DNA of 64,000 bases from Halorutilales archaeon Cl-col2-1 (GTDB lineage Archaea; Halobacteriota; Halobacteria; Halobacteriales; Afararchaeaceae), in contig CP169074.1 in assembly GCA_041891055.1 (NCBI GenBank), positions 1,824,001 through 1,888,000 of the forward strand. Direction: 5' to 3'. Every line of letters starts with the position of its first letter. The stretch's first letter is position 1. Of the stretch, positions 18,355 through 27,584 are shown piece by piece. A program made the translations under genes and the position numbers. The notes beneath the pieces are model-generated. The model searched no databases. It had not been told where the DNA came from and saw only the letters and a list, made by a program, of their open reading frames with translations.

Positions 18355-18711
18355 TTACACGAGATCGGCTTCTGGGTCGCCTTTAGTTTTGTAGAGATCG
18401 TCCCAGGCGGTTATGCCGCCTTGAAGGTTGTAGATCTCGTCGAAGTCGTCGAGGTTGGAGAGGAAGTCGCAGGCGTCCTGACTTCTCGATCCGCTGTGGC
18501 AGTAGACGAGGAGTTTGTCGCCTTCTATCTCGTCGACCCTGTCCGGGAGTATTTCGACCGGTATCAGATGGTCGACGCCGGGTACTCTCTTCCACTCGTA
18601 CTCGTCGGGATTCCTCACATCGAGGAGAGTATAATCGCCGCCCTCTACCATCTCCTTTGCTTCGTCAGGTGTTACGTCGTTGAAGTTCTGATTCTGTGTT
18701 ATCTCTTTCAT
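18355..18711 (-). CDS. rhodanese-like sulfurtransferase
   Basis: LLDVR..EY, YCHSGSRS, NLQGGI.AW. Confidence 0.9.
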   Translation of the reverse strand: MKEITQNQNFNDVTPDEAKEMVEGGDYTLLDVRNPDEYEWKRVPGVDHLIPVEILPDRVDEIEGDKLLVYCHSGSRSQDACDFLSNLDDFDEIYNLQGGITAWDDLYKTKGDPEADLV

Positions 18712-18768
18712 ATTACAACTGTAGTACCACAGCCATATAAGTCTTACCACCACTGAAGAATGGTGGTG

Positions 18769-19371
18769 TTATTTCAGCGCAAGGATCGACTCGCCTGCTC
18801 TAACTGTGTCACCCTCATCGACTTCGAGGTCGTCACGTGAGTATCCGCTAGGAAAGACGATGTCGACGCGTGAACTGAACGCAATCATTCCTATGCGTTC
18901 GCCCCTTTCTACGGAGTCACCTTCATCGAGGTAGGACGTCACTCGTCTCGCGACTGTGCCCGCTATCTGTACCGTCTCTAACTCTCCGTCCGGGGTCTCG
19001 AACCGTGTTACCACGCGCTCGTTTCTCTCGCTTGACTTCGAGAAGGCAGGGAGATGACTTCCGTCTATATGTGTCTGTGATACGACCTTTCCGTCGAGAG
19101 GAGCTCTGTTGACGTGGACGTTGTGGAGGTTCATGAAGACGCCGACGCGGAGCCCTCCCTCCTCCTGCCTTACGACTGAGACACGTCCGTCGGCGGGAGA
19201 GACGACGCCCTCGTCAGGCACGTCACGGTCGGGGTCTCTGAAGAAGGCGGCGATGAGTACGGGAACGCCTAGAAGAGACAGGCTTAGGGGGGAGTCCCAG
19301 AACGGCACTGCGACGAGTGGGAGACAGCCCAGTAGAATCCATCCCAGGGAGCCTTCTGCTAGTCTCGGCAT
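18769..19371 (-). CDS. psd: archaetidylserine/phosphatidylserine decarboxylase
   Basis: FFRDPDR, SPADG, FMNLHNVHVNRAP, NER, QIAG, FSSRVD. Confidence 0.9.
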   Translation of the reverse strand: MPRLAEGSLGWILLGCLPLVAVPFWDSPLSLSLLGVPVLIAAFFRDPDRDVPDEGVVSPADGRVSVVRQEEGGLRVGVFMNLHNVHVNRAPLDGKVVSQTHIDGSHLPAFSKSSERNERVVTRFETPDGELETVQIAGTVARRVTSYLDEGDSVERGERIGMIAFSSRVDIVFPSGYSRDDLEVDEGDTVRAGESILALK

Positions 19372-19460
19372 TTAACGTTGAGACGCCGACTTGACGGTTA
19401 AGGATTTCCGTCCACTAGTGTCAACTACCCCACCCTACTTCGCTCGGTCTGACGACCTCA

Positions 19461-19557
19461 TCTGTAAATCTTTGATTTACAGGCACGCGAATCGAAGATT
19501 CGCGAACGTCTCAAACTCTACGAGTTTGAGGGCTCGGAAATCAGAGATTTCCGAACG
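19461..19557 (+). repeat. two tandem double-hairpin units (48+49 nt) in the IS right end
   Basis: CTGTAAATC-TTT-GATTTACAG, CGCGAATC-GAA-GATTCGCG, CTCAAACTC-TAC-GAGTTTGAG, TCGGAAATC-AGA-GATTTCCGA. Confidence 0.9.
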
Positions 19558-20899
19558 CTCGTTGAGAATGGGGCTTGTCCATGTACTCAACCTCTAACCT
19601 CTCGGTGGAGGAACTACCCTCACTCGGTTTCAGTGTACCGGACTTAAGGGCAAGTTGACACGTTGCCCGTCCGTCCTGTGACTTTTGCACACGACGGACG
19701 TGTTGCGAATCGTTAGATTCGCATACGTCTGCAAAGCTTTGCTTTGTAACATAACGAAGACCGACATTCTTAGAAGCGTTGTAGTCTGCGTCTACCGAAT
19801 ACCCACACTCTCGACACTCAAAGTCGTGTTTCGTCCTGCGGTTACTTCGGTCGGTGTGTCCACAGCGAGAACAAGTCTGACTCGTGTACTCTGGATTCAC
19901 CGACTCGACAGAAACGCCGTACTCTTCGGCTTTGTACTCCACGAACGCGACGAACTGATTGAACGCCCACTGCTGAAACTCTTTGTTGTTCGAGATACGC
20001 TCACGGATGCCGTCAAGCTCCTCGAACACAATAGTAGAACAGTCGTAGCGTACAGCCTCTTCTACGATTTCGTTAGCCCACTTGTGGTACTTCTGATTAC
20101 TCCACTGGCTGAAACGGTCGCCCATACGTTCTATGACCTCGTGAGCGCGACGCGAGCCGTTTCGTTGGAGTGACGCACGCCTACTCTCGTATTCGTCACG
20201 TTCGTGGTTGATATGGTCGCTTGAACCTACGAACCGCCCCGTAGAGGTGACGGCGAAGCTACCTGTGCTGTTCAGGTCTACACCGAGAACCGTTCGCAAA
20301 TCTTCAATCTGCGAGCCATCGAAGCTCCCGCTTCGAGACGTTCCGCTCTCGGTTTCTCCTACGTCCTCTTCTTTCACGACTGAGATATGCAGGTAGTAGT
20401 CGCCGCCCCTGTGGTGTAGCGTCGCCTCTTTCCGTCCCCACTCTTCGGAAAGGTACTCTGTCTGGGGGTTGTCGCCCGTTTCGTCAATCACGAAGTCGGC
20501 TTGTACACGCCCGTCCACGGTTGCGAGAGTACAGCCTTCGTCGGTATACGTGACGGTTCGGTAGTCGTAGGCGACGAACCAACTCTGGAACGTGGGTTTG
20601 GTGGCTTGTTCGCCTTCTTTCCACCGGTTGATTACCTGTTGTAGGCTGTCTACGGCGTAGTCACGCGCCTTCTGTATCAGTCCGGTGTTGAGTCCGGTCT
20701 GTTCCTTGATGTCATCGTAGGTCTGTTCGTGTAGCCACGTCTTGCGCGTGTCTATGTGACCGCCGTCAGTTCGGTTGTTCCATGCGTAGTCTACGGTGTA
20801 CTGACATGCTTCTCGGAACGCCCTGAACGTCTCTCGTAGGCGTTCCTCGTCGGAGCCGTCAACGTCAAGCTTGACCTGTACAGTACGCCGTAGCTCCAT
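19541..20899 (-). CDS. tnpB: RNA-guided endonuclease TnpB with two in-frame repeat insertions
   Basis: RTVQVKL start; GVDLN, FEEL, TSQTCSRCG..CRECG, DADYNAS. Confidence 0.93.
   Translation of the reverse strand: MELRRTVQVKLDVDGSDEERLRETFRAFREACQYTVDYAWNNRTDGGHIDTRKTWLHEQTYDDIKEQTGLNTGLIQKARDYAVDSLQQVINRWKEGEQATKPTFQSWFVAYDYRTVTYTDEGCTLATVDGRVQADFVIDETGDNPQTEYLSEEWGRKEATLHHRGGDYYLHISVVKEEDVGETESGTSRSGSFDGSQIEDLRTVLGVDLNSTGSFAVTSTGRFVGSSDHINHERDEYESRRASLQRNGSRRAHEVIERMGDRFSQWSNQKYHKWANEIVEEAVRYDCSTIVFEELDGIRERISNNKEFQQWAFNQFVAFVEYKAEEYGVSVESVNPEYTSQTCSRCGHTDRSNRRTKHDFECRECGYSVDADYNASKNVGLRYVTKQSFADVCESNDSQHVRRVQKSQDGRATCQLALKSGTLKPSEGSSSTERLEVEYMDKPHSQRAFGNL
19701..19751. repeat. double-hairpin unit (51 nt) in frame in tnpB
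   Basis: TGCGAATC-GTTA-GATTCGCA and TGCAAAGC-TTT-GCTTTGTA; adds VTKQSFADVCESNDSQH. Confidence 0.85.
20291..20338 (-). repeat. double-hairpin unit (48 nt) in frame in tnpB
   Basis: Minus strand TCTCGAAGCGGGAGCTTCGATGGCTCGCAGATTGAAGATTTGCGAACG; CGTTC at 20291 and 20339. Confidence 0.9.
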
Positions 20900-20994
20900 G
20901 CTTATATATTATATCTATACTTACTTAGTTCTTGTGGGGTAATTTACCCACTCAAAGCACTAAGGCTTAAGTAGTGGTGGTCTATATCACCACC

Positions 20995-21138
20995 ATGGCA
21001 GAAGTCAGAGTACAAAATCCAGACATACACGAAGAGAAGACAGCAGATGGAAAGGGACGTGTATATTTGGGCAAAGATTATGAGAACAGGAAGGTCAGAA
21101 TAGTGGTGGAAGTAGTTGACGACGAACCGGAAGAGTAG
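20995..21138 (+). CDS. small AbrB/DUF2080-like IS-associated protein (47 aa)
   Basis: Read by hand: MAEVRVQNPDIHEEKTADGKGRVYLGKDYENRKVRIVVEV... Confidence 0.7.
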   Translation: MAEVRVQNPDIHEEKTADGKGRVYLGKDYENRKVRIVVEVVDDEPEE

Positions 21139-21152
21139 GAGTTGACGGGCTG

Positions 21153-21224
21153 TCACAAAATCTCCGATCTTGTTGGCTCGCTAATCTATGATTAGCGGGC
21201 ACGTAAATCTTAGATTTACGAACG
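21153..21224 (+). repeat. triple-hairpin unit (72 nt) in the IS left end
   Basis: ACAAAATC-TCC-GATCTTGT, CGCTAATC-TAT-GATTAGCG, CGTAAATC-TTA-GATTTACG joined by GGCT/GGCA linkers, ends AACG. Confidence 0.85.
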
Positions 21225-21290
21225 GTTCGTAGAGGGTGGAGTCTTAGCCCTGCCAAAAGATAAAATACTCTTACCGAGTATATGGAATAG

Positions 21291-22160
21291 ATGATCGAGG
21301 CAGACGGGCTCCGGAAGGAGTACGGCGGGTTCGTAGCTGTCGACGGTATCTCGTTCTCGGTCGACGACGGCGAGATATTTGGGATAATAGGTCCCAACGG
21401 CGCGGGGAAGACTACGACCTTAAAGATGGTCTCGGGTCTCGTCGAGCCTACGGCTGGGAGTGCGAGGGTCGCTGGATACGACTCCGAGTCGCTCGACATG
21501 AGGTACCATCTCGGCTACCTCCCCGAAGAGTCGCCGCTCTACGAGGACATGACAGCGGTCTCGTACCTCAAGTTCTTCGCCGACCTCTACGACGTTCCGA
21601 GCCACGTCGCCGAGGAGAGGATACACGAGACACTCGACCGTCTCGACCTCGAACACCGCGACAGGAAGATAGGCGACATGTCTAAGGGTATGAAGAGGAA
21701 GGTCGCCATAACACGGTCACTTGTCAACGACCCCGACGTTCTGATATACGACGAGCCGGCGAGCGGTCTCGATCCCCTCACGACTAACTACATAATCGAG
21801 TTCATGCGTGACCTCCGCGACGAGGGAATGACCATGATCTTCAGCGCGCACAACCTCTTCCATGTCGAGGAGATCTGTGACCGAGTCGTAATACTCAACG
21901 AAGGTGATGTAGTCGCACGTGGCACACTCGACGAGATACGTGACGACTACGGCGGAACCGAGTACCACGTCTACTCGACCGTCGACGTCGAGGGACGCGA
22001 GACGGAGAGGGAGGACGGCAGGTACAGGATAGTCCTCGACTCGATGGACGGCGTCGAGGCACTCCGCGACGAGATCCACGCCGAGGGCGGCGAGATAGAC
22101 GACATACGTACACACGAGCCGAGCCTCGAAGAGATATTCCTCAACGTAGCGAGGAGGTAA
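21291..22160 (+). CDS. ABC exporter ATP-binding protein
   Basis: GPNGAGKTT, MSKGM, YDEP. Confidence 0.95.
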   Translation: MIEADGLRKEYGGFVAVDGISFSVDDGEIFGIIGPNGAGKTTTLKMVSGLVEPTAGSARVAGYDSESLDMRYHLGYLPEESPLYEDMTAVSYLKFFADLYDVPSHVAEERIHETLDRLDLEHRDRKIGDMSKGMKRKVAITRSLVNDPDVLIYDEPASGLDPLTTNYIIEFMRDLRDEGMTMIFSAHNLFHVEEICDRVVILNEGDVVARGTLDEIRDDYGGTEYHVYSTVDVEGRETEREDGRYRIVLDSMDGVEALRDEIHAEGGEIDDIRTHEPSLEEIFLNVARR

Positions 22161-22161
22161 T

Positions 22162-23955
22162 GTGAGGCTCTCGAAGATACTCCGTATATCCAAGTGGGAG
22201 GTCACGAAGTCGACTGGCGACATCGACAGACGCACCGGTGTTCTCGTTCTAGTCGGTGTCTTAGCCGTCGGGGCTCTCGTCCTCGGATACGTCCAGGCGG
22301 GAGCCGTTCTCGATCAGGGAATATACCGTGTCGGAGTCTCGGAGGAGTCGGAGTACTACGACGCCGTCGAAGTCTCCGATCGTCTTGTCGCACGCGAGCC
22401 GAGTATCGAGGACGTCAGGAACGGTGACCTCGACGTCTCTATAGACGACGACATCATACGTTACCACGACTCGAAGAAGGGGAAGGCTGCGGTGTCGGAG
22501 CTCAGGAGCGCGGTACAGGACTACAACGGCTTACTCATGTCGAGGGAGGCAGACGAGGGGAGAGGAGTAGCCGCTTTTCCCGTGAGGGTGAACCTCCTCT
22601 ATGTCAACCAGAATATCACAGTCGGCGGAGGTGACACAGGAGACGGAGCCAGTGGCGGTGGCGGGGGAGCCGGCGGAGGAACGGGTGGTGGAACAGGTGG
22701 TACGGGCAGTGACACGGGTCAGACACCTGTGCCACCCGTCTCGGGCGGCGGCGGTTCGAATATATTTGACTCGAACGAAGGAGCCACGACGCCCTCGGGA
22801 ATATCGCCTCCGTTCCCGTTCGAGTCACTCATACTCGCGTTCGCCTTCATAGTCCCGATGAACTTCATCGTACAGGCTTACGCGAGTAGCATGATCGACG
22901 AGAGGATAAACAGACGCGGTGAGCTACTCCTGATCTCTCCCGTCACGAGGTTCGACGTGATAGCGGGGAAGACTCTTCCCTACTTCGTCGGCATGCTCGG
23001 AGTTGCCTCGCTCACTGCGGGAGGTATAGGCTACGTGTCGGGCGAACTATCGGCTCGGTCGGTGGCTGTGATGGTCTCAGCCGTCGTCCCGGTTATGCTT
23101 GCCTTCCTCTCGACTTCGTTCGTAGGAGCGATGTTCTCCCGGTCGTTCAAGGAGCTCACATTCGTGACAGTCTCTATAAGTGTCTTCCTCACCGCATACG
23201 TCTTCATACCCGCTATATTCACCGACGTCCATCCCATCGCCGTGATATCGCCCATAACACTCGTCGTGCAGGTCTTAGAAGGGAGTCGGGTCGCTGTCTC
23301 CGACTACGTCTTCTCGACACTTCCGCTCTACCTCACCTCGGGAGTCCTCTTCGCACTCGGAGGTGGGGTCTACCGCGAGGAGGACATGTTCACTCAGCGT
23401 CCCGTGCCTCTCAAGGCACTCGACTCGGTGGCGAGCCTCATCTACCGACGTCTCAGCGTCTTCAAGCTGAGTATACTCCTCATACCCTTCGTCTTCGGAG
23501 CCGAGCTACTCGGAATTGCTACACTCTTCGCGCTCCCCGTCGGTGTCTCCGTTCCCGCACTCATGGTTATGATAGCCGTGATCGAGGAGGTCGCAAAGAG
23601 CGTCCATATCTACGCGGGCTTCGAGAAGTCCTACTTCGAGAGAACGCGGCGCGAGGCGGTCGTACTCGGAAGTCTGAGCGGCTTCGGCTTCTTCGTCGGC
23701 GAGAAGATAACTCTCGTGTCCCAGTTAGTTGGACTCCCACAGCTCGAACTCGGACGTGCAGCCTTCGGAGGACATCCCGGACTTCCGACTGCACTCGGTC
23801 TACTCCTCGCGCCGCTCGTCCTCCACGTCGTAACTGCGTCAGTCTCGTCGCTCGGTGCGTCGCGGGGAAGACGTGGATACGCGATAGGTCTCGCGGGAGC
23901 CGTCGTGATACACGCAGTCTACAACATAACGGTGGTGACTACACTTGGGATTTAA
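22162..23955 (+). CDS. ABC-2 permease fused to a PrsW-like domain
   Basis: Many TM segments, IEEVAK, GFFVGEK, LHV, HAVYN. Confidence 0.85.
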   Translation: MRLSKILRISKWEVTKSTGDIDRRTGVLVLVGVLAVGALVLGYVQAGAVLDQGIYRVGVSEESEYYDAVEVSDRLVAREPSIEDVRNGDLDVSIDDDIIRYHDSKKGKAAVSELRSAVQDYNGLLMSREADEGRGVAAFPVRVNLLYVNQNITVGGGDTGDGASGGGGGAGGGTGGGTGGTGSDTGQTPVPPVSGGGGSNIFDSNEGATTPSGISPPFPFESLILAFAFIVPMNFIVQAYASSMIDERINRRGELLLISPVTRFDVIAGKTLPYFVGMLGVASLTAGGIGYVSGELSARSVAVMVSAVVPVMLAFLSTSFVGAMFSRSFKELTFVTVSISVFLTAYVFIPAIFTDVHPIAVISPITLVVQVLEGSRVAVSDYVFSTLPLYLTSGVLFALGGGVYREEDMFTQRPVPLKALDSVASLIYRRLSVFKLSILLIPFVFGAELLGIATLFALPVGVSVPALMVMIAVIEEVAKSVHIYAGFEKSYFERTRREAVVLGSLSGFGFFVGEKITLVSQLVGLPQLELGRAAFGGHPGLPTALGLLLAPLVLHVVTASVSSLGASRGRRGYAIGLAGAVVIHAVYNITVVTTLGI

Positions 23956-25015
23956 ACAGGTACTCACGGTCACTCGACGCGAACTCTCGTCGCTGAGGAG
24001 CGAGAAGACAGTCGTCCTCGCCCTCATGATACAGCTCTTCATAGCCGCTTTCTCGTCTTTCCTCGTCGTGGGTCTCGTCTCGATGTACAGCCCCGACGCC
24101 GTCGGGGACAGCGGCTTCACGGTCGACTACGGGGTCACAGGGGATGCTGCCGACGACGTAGCGCGTGCGATAGACGACGAGGACGGCTGGAGGGTCTCGG
24201 AGTACGAAAGCTACGAGGCGGCTATGTCGGAGTTCAGTGGGGGTGGTCTCGACGTAGTACTCGACACCTCACGTCTCGAAAACGGACGTATCGAAATAAC
24301 GGCTGTCGTCCCCGACTCGAGTATACGTACGACCCTCATCGTCGTACAGGCGAAACAGGCTCTCCAGACCGTCGAGAGGAGCCAGAGAGCCGAGATGAGT
24401 TCGACCCTCGAACGTCAGCCTGTTCCCCTTCCTGAGAAGGTCGGGTCGAGCCCCTACTTCGGCTTCACCTACACGGTTCTAATACCACTCCTGATGTTTC
24501 TCCCAGTCTTCATAAGCGGGAGCATCTCGTCCGACTCTATCACGGAGGAGTTCGAGAGGGGAACATTCGATCTACTTAGGACGGCTCCGATCTCCGAGAA
24601 CGAGATAATCGACGGCAAGATGGCGGCTATGGCTGTCCTCTCGCCCGTACAGGCGGCGGTCTGGCTCGGACTCCTGCGTTTCAACGGCACTGCGGTAGAA
24701 CGTCCCTTCCTACTCGTCGCCGTCGTCGCCGCCTTCTCCGTGATAACCGTGACCGCGGGCTCGACGGTCGCGCTCCGGTTTAGAGACAGGAAGAAGGCAC
24801 AGTTCATCTACTCCGTGAGCCTCATGCTTATATTCGGCGCGCTCCATCTCGACCTCGGCGTCATACCCGAGTCACCCACCAACACCGTCGCGAAGCTAGC
24901 TATAGGTAGTTCGACCCCCGAGACGTATCTCATGGTCGCCGTCTACGCCGTTCTCGCGGTCGTGGGCTATCTCGCCGTCAGACGCGGGTTCGTCCCCTCG
25001 CTCTCGGATTCGTAA
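23945..25015 (+). CDS. ABC-2 permease
   Basis: RRELSSL.., DSITEEFERGT..LL..P, TM segments. Confidence 0.88.
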   Translation: MGFKQVLTVTRRELSSLRSEKTVVLALMIQLFIAAFSSFLVVGLVSMYSPDAVGDSGFTVDYGVTGDAADDVARAIDDEDGWRVSEYESYEAAMSEFSGGGLDVVLDTSRLENGRIEITAVVPDSSIRTTLIVVQAKQALQTVERSQRAEMSSTLERQPVPLPEKVGSSPYFGFTYTVLIPLLMFLPVFISGSISSDSITEEFERGTFDLLRTAPISENEIIDGKMAAMAVLSPVQAAVWLGLLRFNGTAVERPFLLVAVVAAFSVITVTAGSTVALRFRDRKKAQFIYSVSLMLIFGALHLDLGVIPESPTNTVAKLAIGSSTPETYLMVAVYAVLAVVGYLAVRRGFVPSLSDS

Positions 25016-25058
25016 CGTAACAAATAGATACTTATCCGAGGAGGACGACCTACGGAGT

Positions 25059-25238
25059 ATGCAGGAAACCTGGGTAAACGTCGAATGTAACAGCTGTGGA
25101 GAGACTTGGGAGGTAAAGGTCTCGGAGCTCCCGGTCGACAACGGAACGTTCAGGTGTAAGGAGTGTGGCAACGAGTCTCCCGTCAAGGAGTTCCTCAAGA
25201 CTGAGAAGGATCTCGAAGTCTACGACGAACTCAAGTAG
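25059..25238 (+). CDS. small zinc-finger protein (59 aa)
   Basis: Read by hand: MQETWVNVECNSCGETW...FRCKECG. Confidence 0.8.
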   Translation: MQETWVNVECNSCGETWEVKVSELPVDNGTFRCKECGNESPVKEFLKTEKDLEVYDELK

Positions 25239-25250
25239 TACCGACTCATA

Positions 25251-25883
25251 TCACACCGCGTCGACTGCGGTCTCAAGTAGGTCAAGTGCACGTACGGCGT
25301 CGTCTCTCTCTACGACTATTATCGTCTCGGTGTAACACGAGGTGATGTCGACTATGTTTATCTCCTCCGACGTGAAACGTGATATCATGTACGACAGAAC
25401 ACCCGAGACATCGGTGATCTCCTCGGGCGACTCGACGACGATACCCGTGAGGTCGTGTCTCTCCTCGACTACCTCGCCCTCGCCGTCCTCGATACCCTCC
25501 CTGACCTCGTCGGCGTAGGTGTCGTCTGTGACTACCGTGGTGTAACTCCTCCCACGAACGAGATGGAAGAAGCCCGACTCTATACCTAAGTCTCCCACAC
25601 GTGTCGCCGTGAAAGAGACGACGTTTCCCCTCAGAGAGACCCTCGAACCGCCGAGCACCTCCCTTACCCTCTCGACGTTCTCGACACCGTCTTCGAGCTC
25701 GTCGCCGTACCTTCTCAGTGCCGTCGTCACCGCCTCTATGTTGACGTCTCCGCCGACCTCCTCTTCGACCTCGGGCTTTATCTTCCTCGCTAAAGCGCGG
25801 TAGTTGACGACGCCCTCACGGAGACAGTCGAGCATATACGGATAACGAGATACGACATCGCGGCAGTCCTGTGCGAGTGACAT
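25251..25883 (-). CDS. ACT-domain protein (probable regulator)
   Basis: GVVNYRALAR..AVTTALRRY; C-terminal GVL..INIVDITSCYTE. Confidence 0.85.
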   Translation of the reverse strand: MSLAQDCRDVVSRYPYMLDCLREGVVNYRALARKIKPEVEEEVGGDVNIEAVTTALRRYGDELEDGVENVERVREVLGGSRVSLRGNVVSFTATRVGDLGIESGFFHLVRGRSYTTVVTDDTYADEVREGIEDGEGEVVEERHDLTGIVVESPEEITDVSGVLSYMISRFTSEEINIVDITSCYTETIIVVERDDAVRALDLLETAVDAV

Positions 25884-25989
25884 ACATGTAGTACGTCATA
25901 ACAGACTAAAATACTGTGGTTTTGAACTATATAAGTCATTAACGACCCAAATACAAAGACTTTAGTTCTTTTACGTCTTAGACTGAGGT

Positions 25990-27243
25990 ATGACAGAGAC
26001 AGATACACGTAAAGCAGTCCTCGCCTTCTCGGGAGGTCTCGACACGAGCGTCTGTGTTCCCCTTCTCAAGGAGGAGTACGGATACGACGAGGTCATTCCC
26101 GTAGTCGTCGACGTCGGACAGCCCGAGGAGGACATGGAGGAAGCCTACGAACGCGCTGAGGAGCTTGACCTCGATCTCCGTGTCGTCGAGGCGAGCGAGG
26201 AGTACGCCGAGGAGTACATACTCCCCCTCATAAAGGCAAACGGAAGCTACGAGGGTTACCCGATGGGCACGAGCATAGCGCGTCCCGTCATAGCGCGCCA
26301 CTGTCTCGACATAGCCCTCGAAGAGGACGCCGACGGTCTCGCACACGGCTGTACGGGAAAGGGCAACGACCAGCTCAGATTCGAGGCGGTCTGGCGTGAG
26401 TCCGACCTGGAGATAATTGCTCCGATGCGTGAGAAGAACCTCACTCGTGAGTGGGAAATAGAGTACGCACAGGATCACGGCATGAGCGTCCGAGCGACGA
26501 AGGAGGAGCCGTGGTCGATAGACTCGAACCTCTGGAGCCGTTCGATAGAGGGAGGAGACCTCGAAAACCCGTCGAACGAGCCTCCTGAGGAGATCTTCGA
26601 GTGGACGGCGTCTCCCGTCGATGCCCCCGACGAACCCGAGGTAGTCGAGATAGAGTTCGAGGAGGGCAGACCCGTCGCTCTAAACGTCGTCGAGGGAACC
26701 TCGACTGGCTCTCAGACTCCGTCTGGGAATGGAAACGAGATGGATCTTCTCGAACTCATAAGGGAGCTACACGACGTCGCGGGGAAACACGGCGTCGGAA
26801 GAAACGACATGATGGAGGATCGCGTCTTAGGTCTCAAGGTGCGCGAGGTCTACGAGCACCCTGCGGCGACAGTCCTCCTCAAGGCACACGAGGATCTCGA
26901 GAGCCTCGTCCTCACACGTTCACAGCTCAAGTTCAAGTCGGGGGTCGAGGAAGAATGGAGCGAACTCGCCTACAAGGGACTCGTCAACGAGCCTCTCTAC
27001 GACGACCTCAACGCCTTCATAGAGTCGACACAGGAGAACGTCACCGGAACCGTGAGGGTCAAGCTCCACAAGGGAACCGCACGCGTCGTCGGACGTGAGA
27101 GTCCCTACGGTCTCTACGGCGAGGAGATGGTCTCGTTCGACACGGGAAGCGTGACACAGGACATAGACCAGACCGACGCCGTCGGCTTCTCGAAGTACCA
27201 CGGCATACAGGGACGGTTCAGGAAGAAGTTCAAGGATCAGTAG
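25990..27243 (+). CDS. argG: argininosuccinate synthase with a 15-aa in-frame insertion
   Basis: AFSGGLDTS, HGCTGKGNDQLRF, SIDSNLWSRSIEGG, REVYEHP. Confidence 0.96.
   Translation: MTETDTRKAVLAFSGGLDTSVCVPLLKEEYGYDEVIPVVVDVGQPEEDMEEAYERAEELDLDLRVVEASEEYAEEYILPLIKANGSYEGYPMGTSIARPVIARHCLDIALEEDADGLAHGCTGKGNDQLRFEAVWRESDLEIIAPMREKNLTREWEIEYAQDHGMSVRATKEEPWSIDSNLWSRSIEGGDLENPSNEPPEEIFEWTASPVDAPDEPEVVEIEFEEGRPVALNVVEGTSTGSQTPSGNGNEMDLLELIRELHDVAGKHGVGRNDMMEDRVLGLKVREVYEHPAATVLLKAHEDLESLVLTRSQLKFKSGVEEEWSELAYKGLVNEPLYDDLNAFIESTQENVTGTVRVKLHKGTARVVGRESPYGLYGEEMVSFDTGSVTQDIDQTDAVGFSKYHGIQGRFRKKFKDQ
26687..26731 (+). repeat. double-hairpin unit (45 nt) in frame in argG
   Basis: GTCGAGG-GAA-CCTCGAC TGGCT CTCAGAC-TCC-GTCTGGG AATG; removal restores PVALNGNEM. 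Confidence 0.85.
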
Positions 27244-27344
27244 TCACCGCCCTTCGTAGAGGCGGTCTCGTAGATCCAGTAACGTAACTGCTTTGCGCAA
27301 ACCCACCCAAAGGCACAATATTCTGTGTATACATACTTTTCTGT

Positions 27345-27575
27345 ATGCCCAGCATCACGGTCAACGTAGACGCCGACCTCAAAGAGAGAATGGAAGAGCA
27401 TCCCGAGATCAACTGGAGTGAGGTAACACGCCAAGCCATACAGGAGAAAGTAGAGACACTTGAAGTAATGGACGAACTCACAAGTGAGAGCGAGCTTACC
27501 GAAACTGACGTTCAGGAGATTGCCGAGAAGATCAACGAATCCGGACGTAATCGCGTCGACAAGGATTTAGCCTAG
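27345..27575 (+). CDS. antitoxin (VapB-like, RHH)
   Basis: MPSITVNVDADLKERM..HPEINWSEV.RQAI, upstream of a PIN gene. Confidence 0.88.
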   Translation: MPSITVNVDADLKERMEEHPEINWSEVTRQAIQEKVETLEVMDELTSESELTETDVQEIAEKINESGRNRVDKDLA

Positions 27576-27584
27576 ACTCGAAAG

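Larger units (their letters stand above)
19420..21260 (-). mobile_element. IS200/IS605-family element 2: tnpB + divergent small ORF, no tnpA
   Basis: GTCAACTACCCCACCCT...TGGGGCTT right end; GAGGGTGGAGTCTTAGCC left-end remnant at about 21230-21250; left boundary approximate. Confidence 0.8.

Noticed and set aside
22620-22760. Gly-rich low-complexity stretch in the ABC permease
   Set aside because: A non-palindromic flexible linker, not an insertion unit.
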